A stretch of DNA of 64,000 nt from Phoronis australis (lineage: Eukaryota; Animalia; Phoronida): contig NMRA01000269.1 of assembly GCA_002633005.1 (NCBI GenBank), forward strand, positions 469,169-533,168, in the 5' to 3' direction. Made by a program: the position numbers and the translations under genes. This document shows, piece by piece, positions 28,046-39,446 of this stretch (position 1 is its first letter; each line of letters opens with the position of its first letter). The notes beneath the pieces were generated by a model. It did no database searches and was not told where the DNA came from. It saw nothing but the letters and a program-made list of their open reading frames with translations.

Positions 28046-28694
28046 GTATGTGTGATCTTCTCTCAACTGAAAAAATCGACTACTAAAAGTAGGACCATAT
28101 TTATTTTGTCTCAAATCCCATCGTTGAAACCGTTCTGCGTTGAGAAGCCAAGAGATTTAATGAAACTCTTCTTGACCAATGTCCATTTGTGCCAACAGAG
28201 AGCGCATGGTACCCGTTTCGTAAGAGGGCTAGACACAGTATATATAAATGACCCACAGGAGAGGCGGACATGATAAGAAATAAGTAAGACAGATAAAATG
28301 GTAATATTTGACAAAAATAACACTATACAGCCAATATCAGGACAGCACCAAAAGTGAGCCACTTATCTACCAGCCCAAATAAGAAAACACGAAATGCTTC
28401 TGCTAAAGTAGCTAAATATAAGGTAAAATAAACTTAGAGACAAATGACAAGAAAATCACACAAAAATTAGCATTCACAAAAATTTGTTTCACAATCTGTT
28501 TGGACCACCAACCACAACCGAAATAAAATATCACTGTTTACCACTTGCTCTGTCATTTTTCTTATATTGATCTCACAACAATGATTTCCTATTTCATTGT
28601 ACTGGAGTGAAATAAATAAAATGATAAAAATTCTAATCATATTCCAAAAATGTCAATGGGTACAGAAACAACAGCAAGGCATGGGATAAAATAC

Positions 28695-28700
28695 TTTATT
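28695..28700 (-). promoter_or_regulatory. Candidate polyadenylation signal (AATAAA) for GLYR1, implying a ~1.8 kb 3' UTR
   Basis: tttatt on the + strand downstream of the GLYR1 stop, followed on the minus strand by T-rich sequence. Position is plausible but unverified. Confidence 0.35.
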
Positions 28701-30463
28701 ATCTACAAAAGGATTCGATATTTGTGAAATACAACATCAGAGGTCTACAGAGTGAATTTCAACCTAGTACTAAACTGTACAAAGCAGTACAGTAGAAAAT
28801 GTTACGAGTTAACATAGCCATAACAAAACATAATAATTTGACTAATTTAAGGATCCAAATTTGATACCACTTACGCTGGGTTTGAATAGTTTTAAACATT
28901 GGACAGCAAGGACTTGAAGGTCTTAGAACTTTCAACACTGGATCTTTGCGAGTAACATTTTTCATGTAATACCTGTAGTAGCAGCTATTCTTGATAACAC
29001 AGAAAGAAAAATTAGTGCACTAAATCTAACACCAAGTCAAATAGATTAACTGAACATAACCTTTCAGAAGACTGCGATCATTACATTGTAAGGGTAGAAT
29101 GAAATTTCTTATAGGATCCCATCCTTCGTTAAATTCAGACATGCTACAAACTCGACCTCTGTTACAAGCTGATAGTTATTAACGAGGCCAAAACTGCCAC
29201 GACAAACAATAAAACACGGTCTTTGTAAATCATCCACTCCGAGGTCGGAAATGTACTTGGGGAGGGGTGTGAGACTGACGGAATTTCTTCATTGAAAAAT
29301 GACTATTCAGCAGCCCGCCCCCAAATACCACAGAATGACAGCGCACCCTGACTACAACCCGCATGAAACTGGTTGAGCTAATTACAGAAATAACACATCA
29401 AGCCCTTATGACAATGACAGAATGGATTCAGCATATTTCCCTACACGCTAAACTTAAGTTAACACATGTTACTACATACTAACTACAATAACGTATCGAT
29501 TACTGAAGGTAAGGGTGCACAACACAAGTGGGAGGAAAAGACCGATTTAAAATACAAAGTACCGGAAAGCAAAGAAATTGTACAAAAATAGTATTTACCA
29601 CGTCCTACAATTTTATATGTCATTACAAAATAATAAAAGCTGATACAAGCCAAGTACAAAAGTAATATTAGTGGAAATGTCATTGATTGGTTAATGACAG
29701 TCACATGATAGCCATGATAGCCAATCACACGAACTAACAGGTGTAAAAGCTACAAAAACACAACCCACAGGGTATGATGGGTAAAAATGGAGTGGGATTT
29801 TCATAGAATAGCTGGGAAAATCCTGACAAAAGCACACAAGTCAACTAAGACACATGTGGTGCAAAATCACAATTAGGTTGAGATGCTTGCAATGACACAT
29901 AATCAGAACAGAAATGACCACGTATGTAAGTCCATGGTAACGAACTGTACAAGTGATTTCGAGAACACGCATAGCAGATATAAACATCATCATCATGGTA
30001 AAACAGAGGAATTTCATGTTATTTCGTAAGCTGCAATCCATTCACTCACTCCGCCTACGTTGATTTAGTTGCAGCTTGCCAACGGGGACCAATCAAATGT
30101 TCTGAAGGGCTGACATGGATGGCCCAGCAAATCAAATGCAGTCACATAGTTACAAGAACGGTGCTTAGCACTTTCTTCTAAATGCCCTAAACACTCTTAA
30201 TATAAGAGATGTTATATATATGTACATCTATATAGAAATAACGCTACACCTGTTGAGTTAAACCATGTGGAATTCCCCAATTACCATGATGAATGCCACA
30301 GCAACTATTGTAACACTGGATTTTCTGGTTCACATAGGAACCACAATGTCTAACAAATTGTCCTACCCTTAAATTCCGAGTGAACGACTCAGATGCATTC
30401 TAATTACAATTTATACACAGTTTGTTCATTGATAGGTTGTATGCACTGGAGGGCCCCCTGTTG

Positions 30464-30538
30464 TCAAACATCCGTGGCTCTGTAAACAGCTGAGATGTCG
30501 CTCTCTCCGTACCTCATAGACTTGGCTCTTTTGAACAA
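30464..30538 (-). CDS. GLYR1: GLYR1/NPAC terminal coding exon (LFKRAKSMRYGESDISAVYRATDV*)
   Basis: Resembles human C-terminus YKRAKAL...DMSAVYRA; ttgtag| acceptor; TGA stop at 30464-30466. Confidence 0.93.
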   Translation of the reverse strand: MFKRAKSMRYGESDISAVYRATDV

Positions 30539-32030
30539 CTACAATAAACAATAACTATCAACAATAACAATGTACCACTATGATGAATATTTCAAATGAG
30601 CATATAATTAGTTTTAACAGATGCCTTTTGAAACCAACAAACTGCTCAGAGACTAAATTTTGCATGCCAGTGACCTGTTGATTGAGTACACTTTAATTAC
30701 TGTGACAGTTATTTTAAAAATTCCCAACAAGTACAACACTTAATGGTAGCCTCTAGGGTGCGCTAAGCAAGTCACAAATGCTCTCCTCAATAGGAACACA
30801 CCTGTCACCTACCATCATGATACTTCAAACCGTTTAGAATTTAGGTAGGAAGGAGACAAAGGACAAAAAAAAAAACATTAAGGGGCACAAAATAGGTCAA
30901 ATCCATCTGAAACAGGGCATGTGCTGAAAAAATCTTATTTTTAAAAATCATGTTTTCTAGAATTTCGTTCACAAGAATATGTCACAAACTAAACTTACAC
31001 ACTTTAAAGTAGGAGGCTGACCCCTCCGGTGTTATTTTTACTGAGCATACCATTTAGTTGGAATACTACATACTGTTTGTTTTAGCCTAATTAGTTATGA
31101 ACGAATGGTTCCTGAAGTGTTGGACTTGGTGCAAATCAGTTTCCTCCAACTTAAAAATGCTACGTCTCATTAAAACCGTGACTTCCTGGAGAATTGTATG
31201 TACAGGTATAATCAGGAAAAGAAACAAGTTACAAATAAAATGCGGTTTTAAAGAAAACACCACAATGGAGATACACTTAAAAACAAGTGTGAACATATAG
31301 AAAACCATAGTAATTCCAAATCTTTTGCAATTGTTATTTGGTAGTAAAATGAACAAAACGGTGTCTTGTTTGATTAGGGTAACGATGACATATTACCATA
31401 TTCATTTACATAAAAATAGAATCACAAAATGAGACTTTCACGATATTGTACTGGTAACTGGTTCTCGGATGCTTTGAGGCACACCGGAAGACCCGGGGTT
31501 GTTTGTAAACTGACACTTCATTTGCATATTCACAATGTAATGAGACATAGTATCTTTAATTTAGTGTTTGATTCTGAGCAAATTAAGGTGTTAACTTGGT
31601 AACATGGAGTGCATTAACACGACACAGGAAATGAACGTGCATTAAGCACGTCACTTCAGCAAAGTTCTGTTCATAATTAATTAGGGCCACAACAGCAATT
31701 AACACTGATAGGTATCCTTGTCTAGGACCTCCAAATAATCCTATTCTTGTATCTTCTATCGTGTCAGTAATGGCTCATTCACCACGGGGTTTACTAATTC
31801 TTGTTATCAAAACTGGTCACAAATCTTGCAGTTCACCTTCAACATTAATGTGACCAAACTTCTGAAATGAACTCCCTTTACAAGATGCCAGTCAAATGCC
31901 TCTGAATTTGGAAAGACTTGCTGAACACGAGAACTCCCAGCAGAGACATCTGCTTTCTTGTTCACTGAGTCAGGAGACAATTAGCACCAATTACTTTCAA
32001 TAACAATCGAGTGTACTCAACGAGCTTTAC

Positions 32031-32155
32031 CTCATTAGCAGCAGCGGCGACACACAGTGGCTGATCAACTTGGTCACCCATGTCTATACCAAGACGGAGG
32101 TCCTTTTGTAAGTGTTGCAACGGAAAGTTTGTCGTAAAGTCGTGTTCAGTAATAG
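32031..32155 (-). CDS. GLYR1: GLYR1/NPAC exon (AITEHDFTTNFPLQHLQKDLRLGIDMGDQVDQPLCVAAAANE)
   Basis: F.L...QKDLRL and AAAANE motifs; tttcag| and |gtaaag; 125 nt, phase 1-0. Confidence 0.93.
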
Positions 32156-32453
32156 CTGAAAGACACAAGACGAAAACAAATTTAGACTGACAGTGTAAAC
32201 TATACTGAACTGCATCACTTAGCATCAATCAGTCATCAAAAGTACACATTATAGAATTCGGTAAATACATATTCATATCAGTAAGCAAGGATGTCACAGT
32301 GAGTGAACAGCTAGTACTTAGTCAAAATATTATCAAGCTGTTTACAGTAGTTAGTAGGTGTTGTACGAAAAAATTCAAACTAAAAATCGCGTTGTTATTA
32401 AACCTACCAATCCTACGTTCACTCCACACTATCATAATCTACACCTGACCTAC

Positions 32454-32633
32454 CTTGACCTTTGCTCTTGAACAGGTCACAGTTGAGGTCACCCAAAGAG
32501 AGCACTCTCAGCACATCATCCTGGTCAAGGCCCACTTTCTGGGCCAGCGCCAGCCCTTCCGCCAGACCGGCCATCATACCCCCCATCACTGTGTTATAGA
32601 CCAGCTTTAACTTGGCACCGCTGCCCACCTCAC
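32454..32633 (-). CDS. GLYR1: GLYR1/NPAC exon containing the catalytic-lysine helix (GEVGSGAKLKLVYNTVMGGMMAGLAEGLALAQKVGLDQDDVLRVLSLGDLNCDLFKSKGQ)
   Basis: G.G...KL..N motif and AEGL.LA; ccatag| and |gtaggt; 180 nt, phase 1-1, consistent with neighbouring exons. Confidence 0.93.
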
Positions 32634-32687
32634 CTATGGTGGGAGTATCAAAACTGGTATCAGCCTCCGTACCAATACAGGGCCAGT

Positions 32688-32958
32688 CAATATCAGTATC
32701 AGCAACAAAGCCTATTATCAGTATCAGTATCAGCAACAACACTATTATCAGTATCAGTATCAGCATCAGCTACAACACTATTATCAGAATCAATATCAGC
32801 AATAACACTGTTATCAGTATCAGTGTCAACAACAACAACACTATTATCAATATCAGTATCAACAATAACACTATTATCATTATCACTAATAACACTATTA
32901 TCATTATCACTAATAACACTATTATCAGTATCAGTAACAACACTATTATCAGTATCAA
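32688..32958. repeat. Compound micro/minisatellite (ATCAGT)n with AACACTATT spacers, adjacent to a GLYR1 acceptor
   Basis: Repeated atcagt and aacactattatca units; explains the low-complexity ORFs in several frames. Confidence 0.92.
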
Positions 32959-34767
32959 TGAGTTGTGGATGCTTAAGAGTCATGTACAGAGCAGTTAGCA
33001 AATAAACTGTGATGACACTGATAGTGCCATACATTTTTTGAAATTGCAAAATTATACTATGAGCTACGTGTATCGTAGTTCATTGATTACTTAAGTAGTA
33101 AAAATATTCAGTGCATTTTAGGTCATTTTTAAAAACTTTTTTTGCTGTTATCCAGATGTCTGATGAAATTTTTATGTGGTAAAAATATTTCACCAATGTG
33201 TGATGCATTAAGTGAAAATTAAAGTTTCAAATGGATTACACACCAAAAGTTTGGCCAATGCCAGAGCTCCACAACACAAATAATGCAACAGTGTGGAAAA
33301 CCGGAAGTGCTATAAAGCTTCTAAATTATTTTGTAATTTTAGTGAGATCATATGCCAAATGCAAAATCAAACTGAAACAAAACAAGCTGTAGTCGGCGCT
33401 TAAAATTGTCCAAGTGAACATTTTTGACCGGAAAAAAATCCCACGTCGAAAGCGGAAGTTAGCCCAAAATATCACATATGCGCAAGGGCATTAGAGTATA
33501 AAACCGTAGTTATTTTTTACATTGGTCATCAACAGTAGGTAAACTTACAAATGCGTCCGAACTTAAAGGGGTTTAATGAGCACAAGAGTCATGGGACTCG
33601 GCAAAATCTAAAAGTGTAATTAAAGCGAAGACCGCTTCAGGTGGATAAAGTGAGATCCTGACCTATCTTGCCCGTATTATCGGTGAGGTCGAGCAAGAGC
33701 GTGCACGTTGGAACCCGAAGTATTTGTTTGAGAAGGACAAAGCCACAGGAAAGTGTGGTGGAAGTGTGGAGTGATTCCCAAATGCAAAAACAGATCATCA
33801 AAGTTAAGAGTAAAGGGAGAAAACTTCAAAATACTCAATATGTCATAAAACATTTGTTAGACCAGTGTCTCAAACATGCCATTGAGTTTTCTATCCATGG
33901 AAATGTATTTGGACAAGTCCCTCTTTGTTTAAATTTCATAGACTGTTATGTAATCCCGATACCTCAGTTGTGAAATATGTATACTACGCATCCAAAAAAA
34001 CGGAACAGCTTGAGTATTGCTGGCTGGTGTGCATAGCACTCCAATGATCTTGTTTGTTAGTTGTACTTTGGGCCGATGGCCATGTGTACAAATAAAGGAA
34101 AGGATCCAAGTTGAAACATATTTGAAGAATCTTCCTGGTTGCTGAATATGCATAACCTGGGTGATTGGCCAATCAAAATCGTCCTTTTTTACAACCAAAA
34201 CTGCTTTGCTATTAACAGTGTGTATGGTCTATGAAAACTACTTCAGTTAAGGAACATGCAGTGGCTGGGGCAATACTGTAATATGGGACAGTGACCCACG
34301 TAATAAGTAACAGGCCATCCAGCTCAATTTGGCTTGCCGCAAAAATTCCAAAACGTGTCTGTTGGTCCCAAGATGTATACTGGCGGCCACAGATGTTGGT
34401 AGAGAAATTCAACAGATGAAAGGAAAACATGCAACTTCCACAATGTTGAGCTGGGAATTCTTCGAGTCAAAAAAATCGAATCCAAATCTCAGAAAAATGA
34501 GGTCGAAGCTAAGTCGAATATGTCGACTTGAGGATTTTGTCACCTGGAATACCGGATTTCCAGGTCAAAATTTTCCACCAACGGATCGATATTAGAGCAC
34601 TGACAAGACTAGATACGGAGGCGTTCTAACACACCAGTCACAATATCATTTTAAATACACCATATACCATGGACGACGGTCCTCACTGTTCACCGCCACA
34701 ATCATAAACAAAGATGGGAGTATCAGATTAGTACAGGAACACACATACAACCTCTAACTGTTCTCAC

Positions 34768-34930
34768 CTAGATAAAATGATTTCTTGCCCATTGCATCGA
34801 AACATGAGTAGCAGTCGTCAAACAGATCTCGGTCCCCTGCCGCCAGCACAACTAGATCTCCTGTCAGGGCCGGCTGCCGACTGCCAACCACGGGTGCCTC
34901 CAAGAATCGACCTCCACGAGCCAAGACAGC
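34768..34930 (-). CDS. GLYR1: Second copy (B) of the same 163-nt GLYR1 exon, likely an allelic/assembly duplicate
   Basis: Appears identical to 36132-36294 except one synonymous Arg change (CGA vs CGG); splice sites intact; lies within the 1.4-kb tandem duplication. Confidence 0.6.
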
Positions 34931-36131
34931 CTAAGGAAAGATTAAGAGACATGTGTACAAGTANAGCACAAGTCATGGGACTCGGCGAAATCTCAAAGTG
35001 TAATTAAAGCGAAGACCGCTTCAGGTGGATAAAGTGAGATCCTAACCTATCTTCCCCGTATTATCGGTGAGGTTGAGCAAGAGCGTGCACGTTGGAACTC
35101 GAAGTATTTGTTTGAGAAGGACAAAGCCACAGGAAAGTGTGGTGGAAGTGTGGAGTGATTCCCAAATGCAAAAACAGATCATCAAAGTTAAGAGTAAAGG
35201 GAGAAAACTTCAAAATACTCAATATGTCATAAAACATTTGTCAGACCCGTGTTTCAAATACGCCATTGAGTTTTCTATCCATGGAAACGTAAATGGACAA
35301 GTCCCTCTTTGTTTAAATTTCATAGACTGTTATGTAATCCCGATACCTCAGTTGTGAAATGTGTATACTACGCATCCAAAAAAACGGAACAGCTTGAGTA
35401 TTGCTGGCTGGTGTGCATAGCACTCCAATGATCTTGTTTGTTAGTTGTACTTTGGGCCTATGGCCATGTGTACAAATAAAGGAAAGGATCCACGTTGAAA
35501 CATATTTGAAGAATCTTCCTGGTTGCTGAATATGCATAACCTGGGTGATTGGCCAATCAAAATCGTGCTTTTTTACAACCAAAACTGCTTTGCTATTCAC
35601 AGTGTGTATGCTCTATGAAAACTACTTCAGTTAAGGAACATGCAGTGGTTGGGACAATGGCCCACGTAATAAGTAACAGGCCATCCAGCTCAATTTGGCT
35701 TGCCGCAAAAATTCCAAAACGTGTCTGTTGGTCCCAAGATGTATAATGGCGGCTACAGATGTTGGTAGAGAAATTCAACAGATGAAAGGAAAACATGCAA
35801 CTTCCACAATGTTGAGCTGGGAATTCTTCGAGTCAAAAAAATCGAATCCAAATCTCAGAAAAATGAGGTCGAAGCTAAGTCGAATATGTCGACTTGAGGA
35901 TTTTGCCACCTTGAAGTTCCAGGTCAAAATTTTCCAACAACCGATCGATATTTAGAGCACTGACAAGACTAGATACCGAGATACTCTAGCACAACAGTCA
36001 CAATATCATTTTAATTACACCATATACCTACTAACATTCATGGACGACGGTCCTCACCGCCACAACCATAAACAAAGATGGGAGTATCAGATTAGTACAG
36101 GAACACACATACAACCTCCAACTGTTCTCAC

Positions 36132-36294
36132 CTAGATAAAATGATTTCTTGCCCATTGCATCGAAACATGAGTAGCAGTCGTCAAACAGATCTCGGTCCC
36201 CTGCCGCCAGCACAACTAGATCTCCTGTCAGGGCCGGCTGCCGACTGCCAACCACGGGTGCCTCCAAGAACCGACCTCCACGAGCCAAGACAGC
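36132..36294 (-). CDS. GLYR1: GLYR1/NPAC exon ([55 protein letters not shown]), copy A
   Basis: [11 protein letters not shown] substrate-binding motif; ccttag| and |gtgag; 163 nt, phase 0-1. Confidence 0.92.
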
Positions 36295-37780
36295 CTAAGG
36301 AAAGATTAAGAGACATGTGTACAAGTAAACTAAGACTGATGACTACATGTAGTCGTCGGAACTGTACAGCTAATACGTCAATATATTCTAAACGAAATCT
36401 CATGTCACACTGCTTACATTGAACCATTATCATTGACAACCTTAACAATAATAATAATAAAACAAGACAAAGGAAGACATAAAACTGGTGGTTAAATCTA
36501 TACCAAACATTTTAGCAGCAAGTGCGTTTGCCAATTTTTGCTGGTTATAGTTTTCTTCCAGTGAAACGTCAGTGCCATATCCATCTAAGACGAACAGAAG
36601 ACTACACACAGCCTCATGCACTTTTGTTTTCACTATGATTTTACAATCGTCTGCCAAACTGGTTCACAAATTTTACCCTATCTTTGGTGAAACTGAAAGC
36701 ACTCTCTGAATATCGTTATCCCTCTTTGAGGTATACTGAACTTCCAAAAAGGAATTTGAAGATTTAAGAAAACGATCTTCGAGGGGGTCCAAGACAAATC
36801 CCTTGGAGGGGTCCAAATTAACTGGCACTCACACAGCCTCTGTGAAAATGAAAGCCTGAATGCATTATTGCAGTTTTACATGTCCTAAACAAGAAGGGTG
36901 CGGTTGATATACTATATATAATCATCAACACACTTTAAGCCCTTTCACACTAACATCGACGCGTTGATATTTTGGAGAGTTTCGGTCAGTATGAATGGTT
37001 AACTTTGGTCCTGACCGTCGACACTGTGGTGCGGCATGAACGGTCAACTTCCGTCCCAGCAAAGTTATCGCCAGGGGTCACTGTTACCGTCAACAACCAA
37101 GGGACAGTGTCGTCACTAACACTTGCTTATATTTTACTCGAATAATCACCAATCCAATCAGAAATAAGTTTTATGTCAATTAGCACATATGAGTATTCTC
37201 AAAGTGCTACATTAGAAAAAATCTTAGCGTGCATGTGTTGAAGGGTTGAATCGACCTCATGTTAATAATGACACGGACGACTCATATACATGAGTTATTA
37301 AGCAACCGTCCTGTCTTCTTTGAAAAATCAACAAATTAATCTGACACAACCATTAAACTGATCTGTGCTTGTTCACCAACAACAAAATGACATCACAAAT
37401 ACTGAAGTTTCCGGAACAACAGAGTCGGAGAAAGTTTTTAATGCTGTCAGTGACCTCACAAGTCGACCAATGATTTGTTTTTTTTTTGTGGATTTATGAG
37501 GAAACAAAAAATGTAAAAATGTCAATGAGTCAGTGTCCATGTGAACAAAAACATTCTTTAAATCCAAACAATTCATTTGTGGATTTTCATGTAATTCTTT
37601 TCATGATGGCGTCAAATCCAACCAACTACACTAAAATCTCAACAATTTCTGATAAAAATGGTTGCCAAAATTGAGAACTTTCATTTTTCTAGAATTTCAA
37701 ACATCATTCGTTGTGAATACCCACGATTCACCAAAATATGGCCTAGTTCACGGCAGTTCTCATAGGTGTCGCTGGCTTAC

Positions 37781-37882
37781 CTCGTTAATGTCAACAACAG
37801 TCTCGATATCAATAGTCGACATTTCCACATAGCCCTTGCCACTTGATATTCCCTGGAGCACGCCGCAGTTTCCAAACACAAT
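37781..37882 (-). CDS. GLYR1: GLYR1/NPAC exon (IVFGNCGVLQGISSGKGYVEMSTIDIETVVDINE)
   Basis: GVLQGI..GK.YV.MST motif; ttacag| and |gtaagc; 102 nt, phase 0-0. This frame is absent from the ORF track and was translated by hand. Confidence 0.93.
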
Positions 37883-39335
37883 CTGTAACAAGGCCAAGTA
37901 CGCATTTTATGAGAAATGGACAGTATTCAACAGAGACACTTGCTATAAAGAGCTCTCGGGAATTGGTAAACAGACCAAGCAATCTGCCTTTTATGGAATT
38001 ATGAAACACACAACACATCAAAGAAGAGTTTCATTATGAGATTGTCCGCAATTTCAGGCACCGTTTGCAAGAATGGAAAAATCAATAAGTTTCCCAGTCG
38101 ATATCAACGATGCAGTTTGCATGTGGATCGCTCAGAAGGCTTCTCAACCCATTAACACCACAAAACCATCAGTGGACTGTTCAACATTCACATAATGTCC
38201 CAGACATGATTTAGAACTGCAAGGATATGCCTGGAGTGATGAGACCATCATTCTCACAGAATGTCAGTTCTTATATAAATATCAACAAAGAGACTTCCTT
38301 TAGTTCTATATTTGATAAGGAAGATGAAAATGGGGTCAATTTAAGCCTTCGTTATAACTAAAAATAAAAGATAATTTCCGTGTTTCAGTAAAAGCCTTAT
38401 AAACCTGCATCAAACATTTCCTCAGAGCCTTCTCAATGATAATTAGGCTAAGACAACTTTGCAGTTTCAATCAAACTAGAATGAATCACGTTTACAATCG
38501 TGAAACTAACAGCAAAAACAATCTTTTAATTCCAAACGATCCACAGTGTAATCAAGTACAGTCGGAAATGTTAACTTGCCGAAATAAAAAAATTAAAATT
38601 GATTTCCATACCACTTTAAAAGCTTTAATTATAGAATTGCATGTGACTTTAAAATTCCCGTGAACACAATTTTCTGTCAAAGTCAACTTGTGACCACTCA
38701 GTTGTTAAATTGCGATGCCTGTCACCACAGTCTCCCAATGAATTTTCCTGTATTGGATCGTGAGAGTTTATTGATTGCTGGTGACGTACAAAGGAGAGCG
38801 GCCAATCACATCAAAGTTAACTACCATTTGAGCTTGAATGTTCTTATTCTTAACAAATGGAACTCACCATGCAGCATCATTAGATACACTACGTGGTGAT
38901 GATGTTTGCACACTCTTTAAATTAGAAGATTCAAAATTTTCGTTGACAGTGGAATATTTGCAAAGGAATACCCTGAAGTACGCTAATTGGTTATTTAGCA
39001 CAAAATATGACCGATAAGCGACATTCTGCTTTGTCAAATTTCTCCACAAAAATAAAGAAACTTTAGGTACATTACTAACATTATTTGTCATAAACCAACA
39101 GTTGATAAAGTTTCCACAGTTTCCCGCAAGATTACCAGCTTTTGAAAAATGGAAAATTAAAATTTTGGCAATTAATATTGAGCAAAATAAGTGAAGTGCC
39201 ATAATTTTTTTAAAAATTGACAATTTCGTTGAAATGATAGCGAAAAACCTAGAAGGAAATACGACTTGAACAAACACAAGAGTAATTCCTCTGCAAATTA
39301 AGCAATACATTTGACTAGAAGCGATTGGTACTTAC

Positions 39336-39446
39336 ATCCCTAGCAGCAGTAGGGTCGGACACACAACTAAACGTGATATCACATTCTTCGATGACTTCGG
39401 CTATTGAGTTGCCTCGAAGAGCACCGATGTTCATGAAGTCACGACA
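39336..39446 (-). CDS. GLYR1: GLYR1/NPAC exon (CRDFMNIGALRGNSIAEVIEECDITFSCVSDPTAARD)
   Basis: Resembles human GLYR1 CDITFACVSDPKAAKD; ttgcag| and |gtaagt splice sites; 111 nt, phase 0-0. Confidence 0.93.

Larger units (their letters stand above)
33579..36327. repeat. ~1.38-kb tandem duplication (33579-34963 / 34965-36327) joined by a single N at 34964
   Basis: High identity with scattered SNPs and small indels; each copy carries the 163-nt GLYR1 exon near its right end. Confidence 0.92.

Noticed and set aside
32612-33049. Ile/Ser/Asn-rich, Asp/Thr-rich and Ile/Leu-rich ORFs
   Set aside because: Translations of the ATCAGT minisatellite; the true exon begins at the acceptor at 32634-32635.
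33668-35955. Paired ~90-100 aa ORFs appearing twice, suggesting a duplicated small gene
   Set aside because: They are intronic sequence repeated by the 1.38-kb duplication and have no protein-like features.
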